NCBI GenBank assembly: GCA_951406725.2
Contig: OX597829.1
Coordinates: 48,360,001-48,424,000 of the forward strand
Reading direction: 5' to 3'
DNA: 64,000 nucleotides
DNA from: Octopus vulgaris
Lineage: Eukaryota
The notes below the pieces were generated by a model. It was not told where the DNA came from. It did no database searches and saw nothing but the letters and a program-made list of their open reading frames with translations. Positions 11,899 to 24,103 of this stretch are shown here, piece after piece. Numbering within the stretch: the first letter of the stretch is position 1; each line of letters begins with the position of its first letter. The position numbers and the translations under genes are program-made.

Positions 11899-12534
11899 TA
11901 TTTCCTCATGGCCAGACATGTTCTAGCAGAGTATTGGAAACGAATGACACTGCTTGTATGAAAGTGACAATCATTTTACAACCATTAAACTGTCAAAACT
12001 AGGACAGACCCTCCACACACACACGCATTTACCAAATTCACTCATATAAGGCATCGATCAACTTGAGATGCTAAGCAAAAGATACTTGTCCAAAGTGTTG
12101 CGTTGAGGGACTTGAACCCAAAACCATGAATTTGTGAAGCCACCTACTTTACCACACAGTCACATTTGCATGCTTACCATTTTAGTGAGAGAAAAATTTA
12201 ATGTGGTCCAGGTTTCTCTTGCACACAGGGAGAAAAATAAAACCCAGCTGGTCTTGGCTTTTTGCTCTGATCAAGAAAACCTATCAATGATCAAGCCTGT
12301 GGTTAAAATCATCAACAGTAATGTCACACATGTTAACCCAATCCATTTCTATTTTCTTTCTTTCTCCCTCTCTTTTATCTCCTCTCTTCATTCTCTTCCT
12401 AGTCTGCCCTGAACTTCCCTGTCGTGTCATCCAACAATGGACTATGCCCCAAACAGTATATTTTTACTTTATACTGTTTTTTTCCCTTGAATGTCAATGT
12501 AATAATAGTTACTGTGAACAGCCCTTAGACTATA

Positions 12535-12893
12535 CTCTCTCTTTACTCTCTTTTACTTGTTTCAGTCATTTGACTGCGGCCATGCTGGAGCACCGCCTTT
12601 TAGTCGAGCAAATCGACCCCGGGACTTATTCTTTGTAAGCCCAGTACTTATTCTATCGGTCTATTTTGCCGAACCGCTAAGTGACGGGGATGTAAACACA
12701 CCAGCATCGGTTGTCAAGCAATGCTAGGGGGACAAACACAGACACACATATATTTATATATATACATATATACGACAGGCTTCTTTCAGTTTCCGTCTAC
12801 CAAATCCACTCACAAGGCATTGGTCGGCCCGGGGCTATAGTAGAAGACACTTGCCCAAGATGCCACGCAGTGGGATGAACCCAGAACCATGTA
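12535..12893 (-). mobile_element. CORE-type SINE family B (octopus OR-like), young, 5'-truncated
   Basis: Near-identical to 33398-33794. CORE-like CTTGGGCAAGTGTCTT on minus, internal TA/CA microsatellite, AAGAGT-type tail. Confidence 0.9.
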
Positions 12894-13695
12894 GGTTTTT
12901 GTGTGTGTGTGTGTGTGTGTAAGAAAGAGAAAGATTTAATAGGTACAAGATTTGAGTGACTTTAAGTTTCATGGTCAGATAGAATGAGATTATAAAGCGT
13001 GCCATGTATCATCCTGCAATCGGACTTTGAGCCTGAATGACTGCAGGATGGTAATGTCATGCTATACAAGCATATCCAATTACTGTATTATCTAAGCATA
13101 AAACTTAGTTCTTAACATTTAAATGATACATCTCGGAGGCTGAATTTTTAAAAATATTTTTTACTGTATCAAAAACAAAACTGCATCAGACATAAATACA
13201 ATATATACAATGCATACAGTACATACAATGCACACAATGTATACACTCATTCATTCATAGACTCGTTCATTCATTCATACATGTAATTACTGAGGGTAGG
13301 CTGTTGGTGATTATGTATATAGGCTTGTGATTGAGTTGGAGACAGATTTATGCGCTATAAAGACAGAAGTAAAGAAAATATTGTTGTAGGAATGTACACA
13401 GCAGGTGTACTACAGCAATGATATGCGTAGCTTTAATACTGAGATTGAAAGGCAGGGGCAAATTATGCCTACCTAATCTATGAAAAAATGAAATATTTTG
13501 CATTTTATGCATAGTAATCTGAGTAACCTTCATGATTTTATTGAATTAGGTGCATATTTCGCCATAAAAGGAAAATGTTACTATCGATCTATTTCAGTCA
13601 GGTTAGGCACCGCCTACCTTGCCTATCCAGGTGGCATGTCCCTTATATCTATCTATCTATCTATCTTTATATATATATATATATATATATATCAA

Positions 13696-13907
13696 AATGT
13701 GACCTCGTGTGTACCGTTGGCGATTTCCACACCCCCCCCCGTCTTCCCTTCTCTGGATCTTTCCTTCTATGTTTCCAACGAAGAGCTCCGCTCGAAACGT
13801 TAAACCCTCCTTCTTTCCTTCTTTCCTGAGCGTCCAATAATATTATATTTGTTCCACATCCTCGCGTTGCTGTGTTTTTTTGTGCTTTCTTGTTTGGATT
13901 AACTTTA
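13696..13907 (+). mobile_element. Penelope pLTR-like short element in (TA)n, with relic hammerhead at 13771-13805
   Basis: Same ~210-bp sequence recurs at 20603-20791 (+) and 49060-49268 (-). Motif GTTT-CCAACGAA-GAGC-TCC-GCTC-GAAACGTT-AAAC. Confidence 0.65.
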
Positions 13908-14599
13908 TATATATGTATATGTATATACACACACACACATCCACCAATGATATTACATCGCCATGTCGAAGAAAAAAGCAAACAAATTACTCCCGTTCCT
14001 TTCCCACAGCAAATAAACATTGTCATTTAATCAGAACCATTTGAAATATTGACAACACTAATGATGACCACCACCACCTCTGCTGTAGCAAAAAAACAAC
14101 AACAAAAAAAACAATTTAAATCTATTAGGGGAGTAAAGATTTCGGAGAAATATTTCGTTGGCGAGAATTAACATTTCATTCCCAGTCCCCAAGAATGTGC
14201 TGTGACCATCTCTGACTTATTTAAAACATTGTAATACAATACTTTTGTTTGTTTGTTGGTTTTTCTTTAGCTTTGGTGTTGAGTTTGGTTTATATTTTCT
14301 TAAGTATAGTGTGTGTGTGTGTGTGTGTGTAGAGTGCTGGGAACAAGAAGCTCTGTGAATATAGTTAGATGAGGGAGGGAAAGTAGTTTACAAACATCTA
14401 TTTCTCTGTTTTGCTAGTGAAATGAGTAAGGGTGCAGGGAGATATTGTATATTGTGTATATGTCCCATTACTGGTTGTGGTGGTGGTTGTAGTAGTTGAC
14501 TAAGTTGGATTAGGGTTGAAGAAACAAGTTCTGTATGTATTTCTGTACTCTTGAGGTTTTGCAGCCTGGTTGTGTATATAATTTATGTTGTTAACACCA

Positions 14600-15470
14600 A
14601 TTAGAATCGTTAGCACGCTGGACGTTGGAATCGTTAGCGCGCTGGACGTTGGAATCGTTAGCGCGCTGGACGTTGGAATCGTTAGCGCGCTGGACGTTGG
14701 AATCGTTAGCGCGCTGGACGTTGGAATCGTTAGCGCGCTGGACGTTGGAATCGTTAGCGCGCTGGACGTTGGTATCGTTAGCGCACTGGACGTTGGAATC
14801 GTTAGCGCGCTGGACGTTGGTATCGTTAGCGCACTGGACGTTGGAATCGTTAGCGCGCTGGACGTTGGAATCGTTAGCGCGCTGGACGTTGGAATCGTTA
14901 ATGCGCTGGACGTTAGAATCGTTAATGCGCTGGACGTTGGAATCGTTAGCGCGCTGGACGTTGGAATCGTTAGCGCGCTGGACGTTGGAATCGTTAGCGC
15001 GCTGGACGTTGGAATCGTTAGCGCGCTGGACGTTGGAATCGTTAGCGCGCTGGACGTTGGAATCGTTAGCGCGCTGGACGTTGGAATCGTTAGCGCACTG
15101 GACGTTGGAATCGTTAGCGTGCTGGATGTTGGAATCGTTAGCGCGCTGGACGTTGGAACGTTGGAGCGTTAGCGCGCTGGACGTTGGAATCGTTAGCGCG
15201 CTGGACGTTGGAATCGTTAGCGCGCTGGACGTTGGAATCGTTAGCGCGCTGGACGTTGGAATCGTTAGCGCGCTGGACGTTGGAATCGTTAGCGCGCTGG
15301 ACGTTGGAATCGTTAGCGCGCTGGACGTTGGAATCGATAGCGCGCTGGACGTTGGAATCGTTAGCGCGCTGGACGTTGGAATCGTTAGCGCGCTGGACGC
15401 TAGAATCGTTAGCGCGCTGGACGCTAGAATCGTTAATGCGCTGGACGTTAGAATCGTTAGCACGCTGGAC
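14600..15470 (+). repeat. 24-bp CpG-rich minisatellite (GTTGGAATCGTTAGCGCGCTGGAC), about 36 units, derived from the SINE A head
   Basis: Visible tandem array. The last unit runs directly into a SINE A body (15471-15630). Confidence 0.95.
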
Positions 15471-16232
15471 AAAATACTGAAATATTTCTCTTGGCTTTAC
15501 GTTCTCAGTTCAAATCCTGTCAATTTTTCCTTTCGGTCTTTCAAGGTTGATAAAATAAGTACCAGTTGAATACTGGACTTCATATAATTGGCATCACCTC
15601 TCTCAATTTTAAGCCTTGTTCCTACAGTAGAAAAAAAAAAAAGAAAAAAAACCCTTAGAGCTTTGCAACACAGTAGTGTCATTGGTTCAGGGATCAATCT
15701 CTCTGTGCTTGCAGGTTAATTTCCGAGTTACTGCAAATGGCAATTGACAATAGATGATGATGAATTTCTCTTCATAAAGAAGCATGGCTTTCATTTAGAA
15801 GAATCAAACAACTTCTTTCACTCTGAAAGATACCTTTTGTTACCGACAGAGAAAATATATTTCTCTGAACTTTCTCCAACTAGTTTGTAGTTTAGTTATT
15901 GCATATATTGACATGTGCCTATCAATACACACACACACAAGCTTCAGAGTTTTCATCTACCAATTTGAGGTATTGGTCAGCCAAAGACTACAATAGAACA
16001 TGCAATGGTGTGATTCTAAAGCAAACTTTATAACTAGAGAACCATGCCTCTGCATTTTTATGCACACAAACTGGTGGCTTCAAATGTAAGCTGTAAAGTG
16101 GGTGGTGTTTGGAAGGCATCTGACCAAAGAAACCATACCAAAGCAGATATTGGAGCACAATGTAGTTCTTAGATCCATTAGATCTTGTCAAAACGTCCAA
16201 CCCATGATTGCCTGAAACATGGACATAAAATA

Positions 16233-16478
16233 TGTGTATATATTTGTGTGTGTGTATATATATATATATATGTGTGTGTGTATGTATGTATATGTGTGTG
16301 TATGTATATGTGTGTGTATGTATGTATATGTGTGTGTATGTATGTATATGTGTGTGTATGTATGTATGTGTGTGTATGTATGTGTGTGTATGTATATGTG
16401 TGTATGTATGTATATGTATATGTATGTATGTATGTGTGTGTGTGTGTATGTATGTATATGTGTGTGTGTGTATGTATG

Positions 16479-16511
<33 letters not shown>

Positions 16512-16547
16512 ATGTGTGTGTGTGTGTGTGTATGTATGTATATATAA
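16233..16547. repeat. compound TG/TATG microsatellite
   Basis: Visible. Confidence 0.95.
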
Positions 16548-17120
16548 TAGAGTGGACACAAGATCACCTCCTTCAATGTTCCCTCCCCTCTGAAAGGATT
16601 TTGTCTTGCAAGTTACTTGGTGACTCTGCCAGTGCAGATACCTCTTAAAAAGCATTCAGTTCACAAGTAAATTGGTTAATATTTGGAAGGGCATCCAGCT
16701 GTAAAAAAAAAAAGCCATTCCAAAACTGACCTCACCTGTGCATGTGCCACATAAAAAGAATTCAGCCCATTCTACAGAGTGGTTGGTGTTAGGGAGGGCA
16801 TCCAGCTGCAAAATCCATGCCAAAACAGGCACAGAAGCATGGTGCTGGTTCCTGCCTGGCCAGCTCTTGCCAAACTGTCCAACCCATGCCAGCGTGTAGG
16901 GAGGACATTAAACAATGGTAATGATGTATATCTATATACATCCATCTTTGTTTATCACTGGAGTTTGGTTCAAATTTAAAATATTGTGATAAATGAATCC
17001 TCTCCAAACACTTGGTCAATGGAATGAATGCTGAGACTCATTGAGGTCAGTCGTTGACCACTGCTTCAAAGCTCCCACTGTTATATATTTTTTAAAATCA
17101 TCTCTACCCTTTCCTTATTC

Positions 17121-17520
17121 TGGACACTAAAGAAAGCTGACCAGAAGAGAATTAATGCATTCGAGCTTTGGTGTTGGAGAAGACTTTTACGGATTCCGTG
17201 GACAGTGAGGCTCACCAATGGAGAAGCAGATCAGACGAAAAATGTTGCTAGAAGCTAGGATCACCGAGCATAGATTGGCATATTTTGGTCATATTATGCA
17301 GAGAAAATCCCTGGAGGAGGACATTATGCTCGGAATGGTCAGTGGCAAGAGAGGAAGAGGCCGACCAAGAACCCGCTGGCTTGACACCATCAAGAGTGAT
17401 ATCAGAATGGACGTAGCCAATCTGAAAGAAGCGGCTTAGAATAGAACTGACTGAAGGATACTGATCCATCGAGTAACCGAGAGTCGACTTCGACTGAGCG
17501 GATAGATAGATAGATAGACC
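17121..17520 (+). mobile_element. RTE (BovB-like) LINE 3' fragment with frameshift and (GATA)n tail
   Basis: Translates WTLKKADQKRINAFELWCWRRLLRIPWT, then after a frameshift YFGHIMQRKSLEEDIMLGMVSGKRGRGRPRTRWLD, the typical RTE C-terminus. Confidence 0.9.
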
Positions 17521-17699
17521 CTTTCCTGCAGAGTACATATTCATCTGTGTTGTTTGTTGGTACCAGGTTCCTTTCATATATTTCACTGTTCACTTGATGA
17601 ATTAAGTACCAGTTGCATACTGGGGTCGACCTAATCAACTGGCCCCTCTCCCAAAATTTCGGGCCTTGTGCTTAGAGTAAAAAAATTTTTGCTGTTCAC

Positions 17700-17976
17700 T
17701 GCTACCTCATCTGGTCCCCGTGCCCGTGGCACGTAAAAAGCACCATCCGATTGTGGCCGTTTGTCAGCCTCGTCTGGCACCTGTGCGGGTAGCACGTAAA
17801 AAGCACCCACTACACTCATGGAGTGGTTGGCGTTAGGAAGGGCATCCAGCTGTAGAAACTCTGCCAGATCAGACTGGAGCCTGGCACAGCCTTCTGGCTT
17901 CCCAGACCCCAGTTGAACCATCCAACCCATGCTAGCATGGAAAACGGACGTTAAACAATGATGATGATGATGATGA
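17700..17976 (+). mobile_element. short retroelement family C (RTE-related) with (GAT)n tail
   Basis: GGCGTTAGGAAGGGCATCCAGCTGTAGAAA core and CCCATGCTAGCATGGAAAACGGACGTTAAAC(GAT)n end. Other copies near 16590-16925, 26343-26685, 33075-33260, 35205-35750, 40830-41000, 42180-42590, 47605-47700 and 60259-60447. Confidence 0.8.
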
Positions 17977-18368
17977 CTGCTCTCATGTTGGGTACAACTA
18001 TGTAAATCTATGAAAAAATACATAGCAATGAACATATATACAACACAGTCATATAAATACAAACAATTGCCAATGCATTCTGGGTAGCTAAGCATTGTGG
18101 GTGTTTGCTGGGTCACAGCTTTTGACATTCTGTGTCATCACAGCTTAATCTGAGATAAGCATAACATGGTTCACAGTTGAGCAAATTGTATTATTGCAGT
18201 GATAAAAGAATCAGTGATAAATTACACTACATAGTTTTATTTATATATATATATATATATCATCATCATCATCGTTTAACGTCCGCTTTCCATGCTAGCA
18301 TGGGTTGGACGGTTCAACTGGGGTATATTCGATATGAATCGAATCGAATCATATCGAATATATATTTA

Positions 18369-18411
<43 letters not shown>

Positions 18412-18703
18412 AGCTGGCCCTGTGCCATTAAAAATTGACGGATAATTGTATTTTATATATAAATGTGGATGGCAAATCAAATTAATATACTTGTCAATGT
18501 TCACATAAATCTCTTGTACATATACACAGTACTCACACAGTTGAAACATTGTTTGATTTTCCTTTTCGGTGTTGAATGTTCACCATCCCACCAGTTTTCC
18601 ATCACCCCTTCCTTCCTTCCTTATTCATCTATCACTCCATCTTTTCTTATATGTTGTGACGGAGAAATACACAAGAGTATTATTATAGTTGTGTTTGTGT
18701 ATA

Positions 18704-18746
<43 letters not shown>

Positions 18747-18867
18747 ATATATATATATATACACAGATGAATATGGTACTTAAGTTGAGACACCAGAATT
18801 TAGTATGGTATTATCCATACAATTTCAAAGTAATTCTAATCACCTTATATATTATTTATATATATAA

Positions 18868-19262
18868 CTAGCAGTATCGCCCGGCGTTGCTCGGGTTTGT
18901 AAGGGAAATAACTAAATAAGCATTTTTAGAGAGTTATAGCCAAAAAATAGCAAAAAAATGCATTAAAAATGGAAAAAAAATTAAGGTAAATTTTTTTAAA
19001 TCGTTGACACATCGTAGATAGTTTTAGAGAGTTACTTCCCTTATATAATAGCGAAAAAAATGCATTAAAATGGAAAAATATGATGGTATTTTTTTTTAAA
19101 TCGTAGACTCATCGTAGACGCGCGCTAATACCCAGAAGGGCTCGATATGACTCACGACTATAAGATACCCGGTTTTGGTTAAACTGCACCGCAAAATGTG
19201 GGAGTAGTTACGAATCTAAATCGTAGGAGACAGACACACAACTTCACTTTTATATATAAAGA
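18868..19262 (-). mobile_element. non-autonomous Helitron family H with internal ~100-bp duplication
   Basis: On minus A|TC…CCCGAGCAACGCCGGG…CTAG|T. Matches 9938-10221. Confidence 0.88.
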
Positions 19263-20358
19263 TATAAGCCACGTAGTTATATAAACATACTTTGTTATAT
19301 ACACATTCTTAAAAGAAAATGTTATTTTGAACACAACATTTATAAAGAATAAAATATTTTTTGGTTTTTCTTAACCCTTGCGTTACTATATTTCTGACCA
19401 AAATACACCCCTTATGTGTTTCAATTATTTTCTAACGTAATCATAAATTTAGTCTGGTTTCATTAAACAACAATAACTTTTTTATTTATCAATATATTAA
19501 CATGAATTTTGGAAGATAATTTAATGAAATGTTCTCAACCAATTCTATACTATAATTTTTGTCACAAAGTGACTCTAATTGCAGGTAGATACAGGTAAAT
19601 TCAACAATATATAAAATTATTAAAATTTTGTTCAAACATTGCTATAGAAAATGGGTTATTAGCTAATATTCAATTGGGTATACAACAAAATTTTACGATA
19701 GAATTTGTTATTCTGGGTAACTTTCTGATACCCATAATAATATTTATGGCAAAATAGGCCTTAATTTCATTTAAGGTTGTGGGAAATAACAAACTATCCT
19801 TTCTTTCGCTTTGTTTACGTTTAGTGTAACGGTTCGTTTCCGCTGTAATGATTTCAAATAGGCTCATTCGAAAAAGTAAAAAGAAATAGTTTAAGGCTTT
19901 ACTCTTCTGGGAAAGTCTGTGGCTTGGTGCAGTTTCTTCAGAAAAATCACCGAAAGAAACAGTTTTTAAATTTTCACTCCATTCAGGTGCCAATTCATTT
20001 TCTTAATCGCTGTCGGATTCACTGTTTTCACTTTAATCGTTGCACACTTGCAAAGAGAAAGGAGAAATTAGAGTGATAGCGTCAGTGAAACAGTTCGCTC
20101 CGTTTGTGTGTGTGTGTGTGTGCGTTTGCGTGTGCTGTAGCCCACACTAAGAAAAGCATTTGACATACACACCACAATGTGAGTTTTCTCTAAATTTTGC
20201 TTAATTGGGGTTGAAATTTTAAAAACTGGACCTGGCACAACCCGATGCATTCTACTCTTAAAAATGCTAGGTAAATTGTAATTGAAGAAATCCTATATTG
20301 TAGATTTCTATAAGAGACAAAAGGGAGGCAGATAAAATCTGCCTTTTATAATAAGAGA
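19263..20358 (-). mobile_element. upstream module of a putative composite Helitron (second 5' end plus captured piggyBac piece)
   Basis: A|TCTCTTATTATAAAAGGC start on minus at 20358 resembles the H 5' end. No CTRR/hairpin end was seen before the H copy. Confidence 0.55.
19670..19993 (-). pseudogene. piggyBac (PGBD4-like) transposase N-terminal fragment
   Basis: YFFLLF…LFEIITAETNRYT…PTTLNEIKAYFAINIIMGIRKLPRI matches the piggyBac ETNRYA / E(I/M)KAF…MG..KLP motifs. A TTAA|CCCTT terminus lies at 19371-19379. The DDD core is deleted. Confidence 0.85.
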
Positions 20359-20602
20359 TATATGGCCTTGTAGTTAGAGTGTTGCACTCAGGATCTAGTG
20401 ATCATCGTGATTTCAATTCCTAAAGCGCTTCATCTCGCATTGGTCTTTGATCACTTCATCAACTGGCATATGGTACACCTGTGTGCACCTGTTCAGACAA
20501 CATCGATTTGGTGGAGTGAGGTGAACTAATGTACAGAACATACATTTGATCACTATAAATAAATCATGTTATCTTCAACAGGAGTCATATGTGTGTGTGT
20601 GT

Positions 20603-20791
20603 GTGACCTCGTGTGTACTGTTGGTGATTTTTTTTCCTCTGTCTTCCCTTCCTTGGATCTCTCCTTTTCCTATGTTTCTGACAAACAGCTCCGCTCTAAA
20701 CGTTAAACCCTCCTTCTTTCCTGAGCGTCCAATAACACTATACTTGTTCCACGTCCTCACGTTGTGTTTTCTCTTTGTGTTTGGATTAACT
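20603..20791 (+). mobile_element. Penelope pLTR-like short element with relic hammerhead (20674-20708)
   Basis: Copy of 13696-13907. Confidence 0.65.
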
Positions 20792-20803
20792 ATATATATA
20801 TAA

Positions 20804-21017
20804 ATAAATTAGAGATAAAACCACTATTATGCAATTCAAACAATGATAGACATAAACCAAAACATAAATAAAATATATTTTTATAAAACATATATATTGA
20901 TTATTCATTTTTATACTTTTGTGATCTAGTTATGTTTTATAAAAATATATTTTATTTGTTTTGGTTTATGTCTATCATTCTTTGAATTGCATAATAGTGG
21001 TTTTATCTCTAATTTAT
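20804..21017. repeat. long inverted repeat (~88-bp arms, ~38-nt spacer)
   Basis: 20804-20892 is nearly the reverse complement of 20931-21017. Confidence 0.9.
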
Positions 21018-21554
21018 ATTTCATGTATTTATATTGTGAAATTTGATTTAATACTAAATTGAATTTTTCCCTGTAAGTTTGGAGTTATACTCCCTAATAT
21101 TATATATATATATTGTGTATTGAGCGGGGTGTTTAAAGTCCATGATCACATTGGTTGCATAGGTCCTGCAGGCACTTACCGTAATCAGTCTCTGCTGCAT
21201 ACAAAACAAAGAACTTTACCATTTGCAGTGTTAGCCATTCTTGTTTTGGATGTATGTGTATGCATGTGTGTGTATATATATATATATATATATGGGGGGT
21301 TGTATTTGTTGCTCTCTCTCTCTCCCTCTCCACACACACATACTATATGAGTGTTTGCAATGTATATGTGTTTATAATAATGTGACAAGGCATAATGCAA
21401 CCCACTTGTTCAAACCTATTAACAAGATTCATTGAGGTCTTAGAGGGTCAGTTGGGTGGGGTTTTAAATTGACTCCCATATCATATGGGTGGTATGTATG
21501 TTCATACACACATATATAGACACATATATATATATATATATATATAGACACACG

Positions 21555-21586
<32 letters not shown>

Positions 21587-22051
21587 TTCATATGTATATA
21601 AACATAAACACATGTACATACATATATACACACACACACACACACATGCATATATATACACATGTATGTACATGTACACACACACACACACACACACACG
21701 TATAAAGGAGATAGATAGATATTATCTGTATCTAAGTACATGTACTTATGTATATTTGTGCATGTGACTTTTTCACACAAGCATATACCACACACATACA
21801 TCCTTCCTTAGATATTTGTGATGTGTGTTTATATTTGTTTCTAGGGGAAAACTATTTAATGTGATGTAGTGTGCACGTTTATATTTATATATTATTTTGA
21901 AGCTAAAAACAGATTTCTGTTACACAAGGCACCATAGTGTCCAAGAGACTACTGAAGTACCTTCGGCTTGACCAGAAAAGAAAAAAGAAATTGTGAAGTG
22001 GTTTTAGTGTAAAAAAAAAAAATTATAACATGACATGTTTGTATTTTTTTA

Positions 22052-22428
22052 ATTCTTTTACTGGTTCCAGTCATTTGACTACAGCCATGCTGGAGCACCA
22101 CCTTTTAGTCAAGCAAATCGACCCCAGGTCTTTGTAAGTCTAGTACATATTCTATTGGTCTATTTTGTCAAACTGCTAAGCTATGGGGACATAAACATGG
22201 CAACATTGGTTGTCAAGCGATGGTGGGGGGGGGACAAGCACAGACACACAAATATATATATGGGATTCTTTCAGTTTCCATCTACCAAATCCACTCAGAA
22301 GGCTTTGGTTGGCCTGAAGCTATAGCAGACACTTGCTGAAGGTGCGATGCAATGAGACTGAACCTAGAACTGTGTGTATATGTGTATATATACTTTATTT
22401 AAAGCAGCAGAAAATTCAACAAAACCTG

Positions 22429-22462
<34 letters not shown>

Positions 22463-22588
22463 CCTGTTTTTATATACAGAATGTATATATTGATGTACTG
22501 GTTCTTGTCATGTGGTCTGAGTTCAAATTGATATTCCCTGTATACTGCACACACACACACACGCGCGCGCTCTTTCTCCCTCCCTCTC

Positions 22589-22633
<45 letters not shown>

Positions 22634-22970
22634 CGAATATTTTTTTACATGTTTCAGTCATGTGACTGCTGTCATGCTGGAGCATCACGACCCAGGACTT
22701 GTTCTGTGTAAGCCTAAACTTATTCTATCAGTCTTTTGCTGAATTGCTAAGTTATGGGGATGTAAACACAAAACATCAGTTGTCAAGCGATGGTGGGTAG
22801 GGGGACAAACACGGAGGCACATATGACAGGCTTCATTCAATTTCTTCCAGATCCAATCAAGGCTCAGCCTGACGCTATCGTAGAAGATGCTTGCCCAAGG
22901 TGCGATGCAGTGGGACTGAATCTGGAATCATGTGGTTTAAAAGCAAGCTTCTTACCACACAGACACTCCT
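22052..22970 (-). mobile_element. two SINE family B copies (22052-22371, 22640-22970) separated by microsatellites
   Basis: Family B motifs. Confidence 0.8.
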
Positions 22971-23204
22971 ATGTATAATATATATATATATATGTTTACC
23001 ATGCGTTGACGAGAGGCAATTACCTTGAAACTATAAATGTTAACAACTGTTGGTAGTAACTAATTGGGCAAACAAAAGATGAAAGATTTATATAAACGTT
23101 ATAAATATGTATATAAGTATATTCATTGTATTAAGTATAATATTTTCTTTGAATAAAATGTTAACAACTGTTGGTAGTAACTAATTGGGCAAACAAAAGA
23201 TGAA

Positions 23205-23243
<39 letters not shown>

Positions 23244-23684
23244 CACACACACACACATAATACGTGTGTGCATGTACACACACTTTGTGACACAATGACC
23301 ACTCATCTATTAAAATGCAATAAGCCTTGTTGAAGAACCAATTTAGTAAATCCGTAAGAGAAGCGGCTGCCCGATTCTGTAGCTTCAGTTTATTGTTTGT
23401 TGTCTCTGATTTGAATTAGTTCCTCAAAGAATTGTGGCACCATGCTTTACAGAAGTGTGTGTGTGTGTCTGTGTGTGTGTAGTTAATTTAAAGGAAAAGA
23501 GAACTTCTCACTCTTTGTCTGTAATATGTCATCCACTTGACACTCTCAGAAAGTGTTTCGGTTCAGAAATAAGTACTTGAATTCCCATTGTGTGTGTGTG
23601 TGTGTGTGTGTAGGTGTGTACAGTTGTTCTTGTTATTAACCTCCACCCACACAAGCACTAAAACTTTGCAGAAATGAATCTGAT

Positions 23685-24103
23685 AAAGGCGGCGAGATGG
23701 CAGAAACATTAGCACACCGGGCGAAATGCTTAGCTGTTATTTCGTCTGCTGCTAAGTTCTGAGTTCAAATTCCGCCGAGGTCGACTTTGCCTTTCATCCT
23801 TTCGGGGTCGATAAATTAAGTACCAGTTACGCACTGGGGTCGATATAATCAACTTAACCTGTTTGTCTGTCCTTGTTTGTTCTCTCTGTGTTTAGCCCCT
23901 TGTGGGTAGTAAAGAAATAGGTATTTCGTCTGCCGTTACATTCTGAGTTCAAATTCCGCTGAGGTCGACTTTGCCTTTCATCCTTTCGGGGTCGATAGAT
24001 AAAGTACCAGTTTCGCACTGGGGTTGATGTAATCGACTTAATCCCTTTGTCTGTCCTTGTTTGTCCCCTCTATGTTTAGCCCCTTGTGGGCAATAAAGAA
24101 ATA
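23685..24103 (+). mobile_element. dimeric SINE family A with 15-bp TSD
   Basis: Full monomer plus a headless second monomer. TSD AGAAAT(G/T)AATCTGAT at 23670-23684 and 24104-24118. Confidence 0.9.

Noticed and set aside
14600-15470. CRISPR-like appearance
   Set aside because: Units are contiguous with no unique spacers, there are no cas genes, and the context is eukaryotic.
14585-15569. 195-314 aa ORFs of 8-residue repeats (LDVGIVSA, ESLARWTL)
   Set aside because: They are translations of a stop-free 24-bp SINE-derived minisatellite. Several frames and both strands are open, and there is no unique coding flank.
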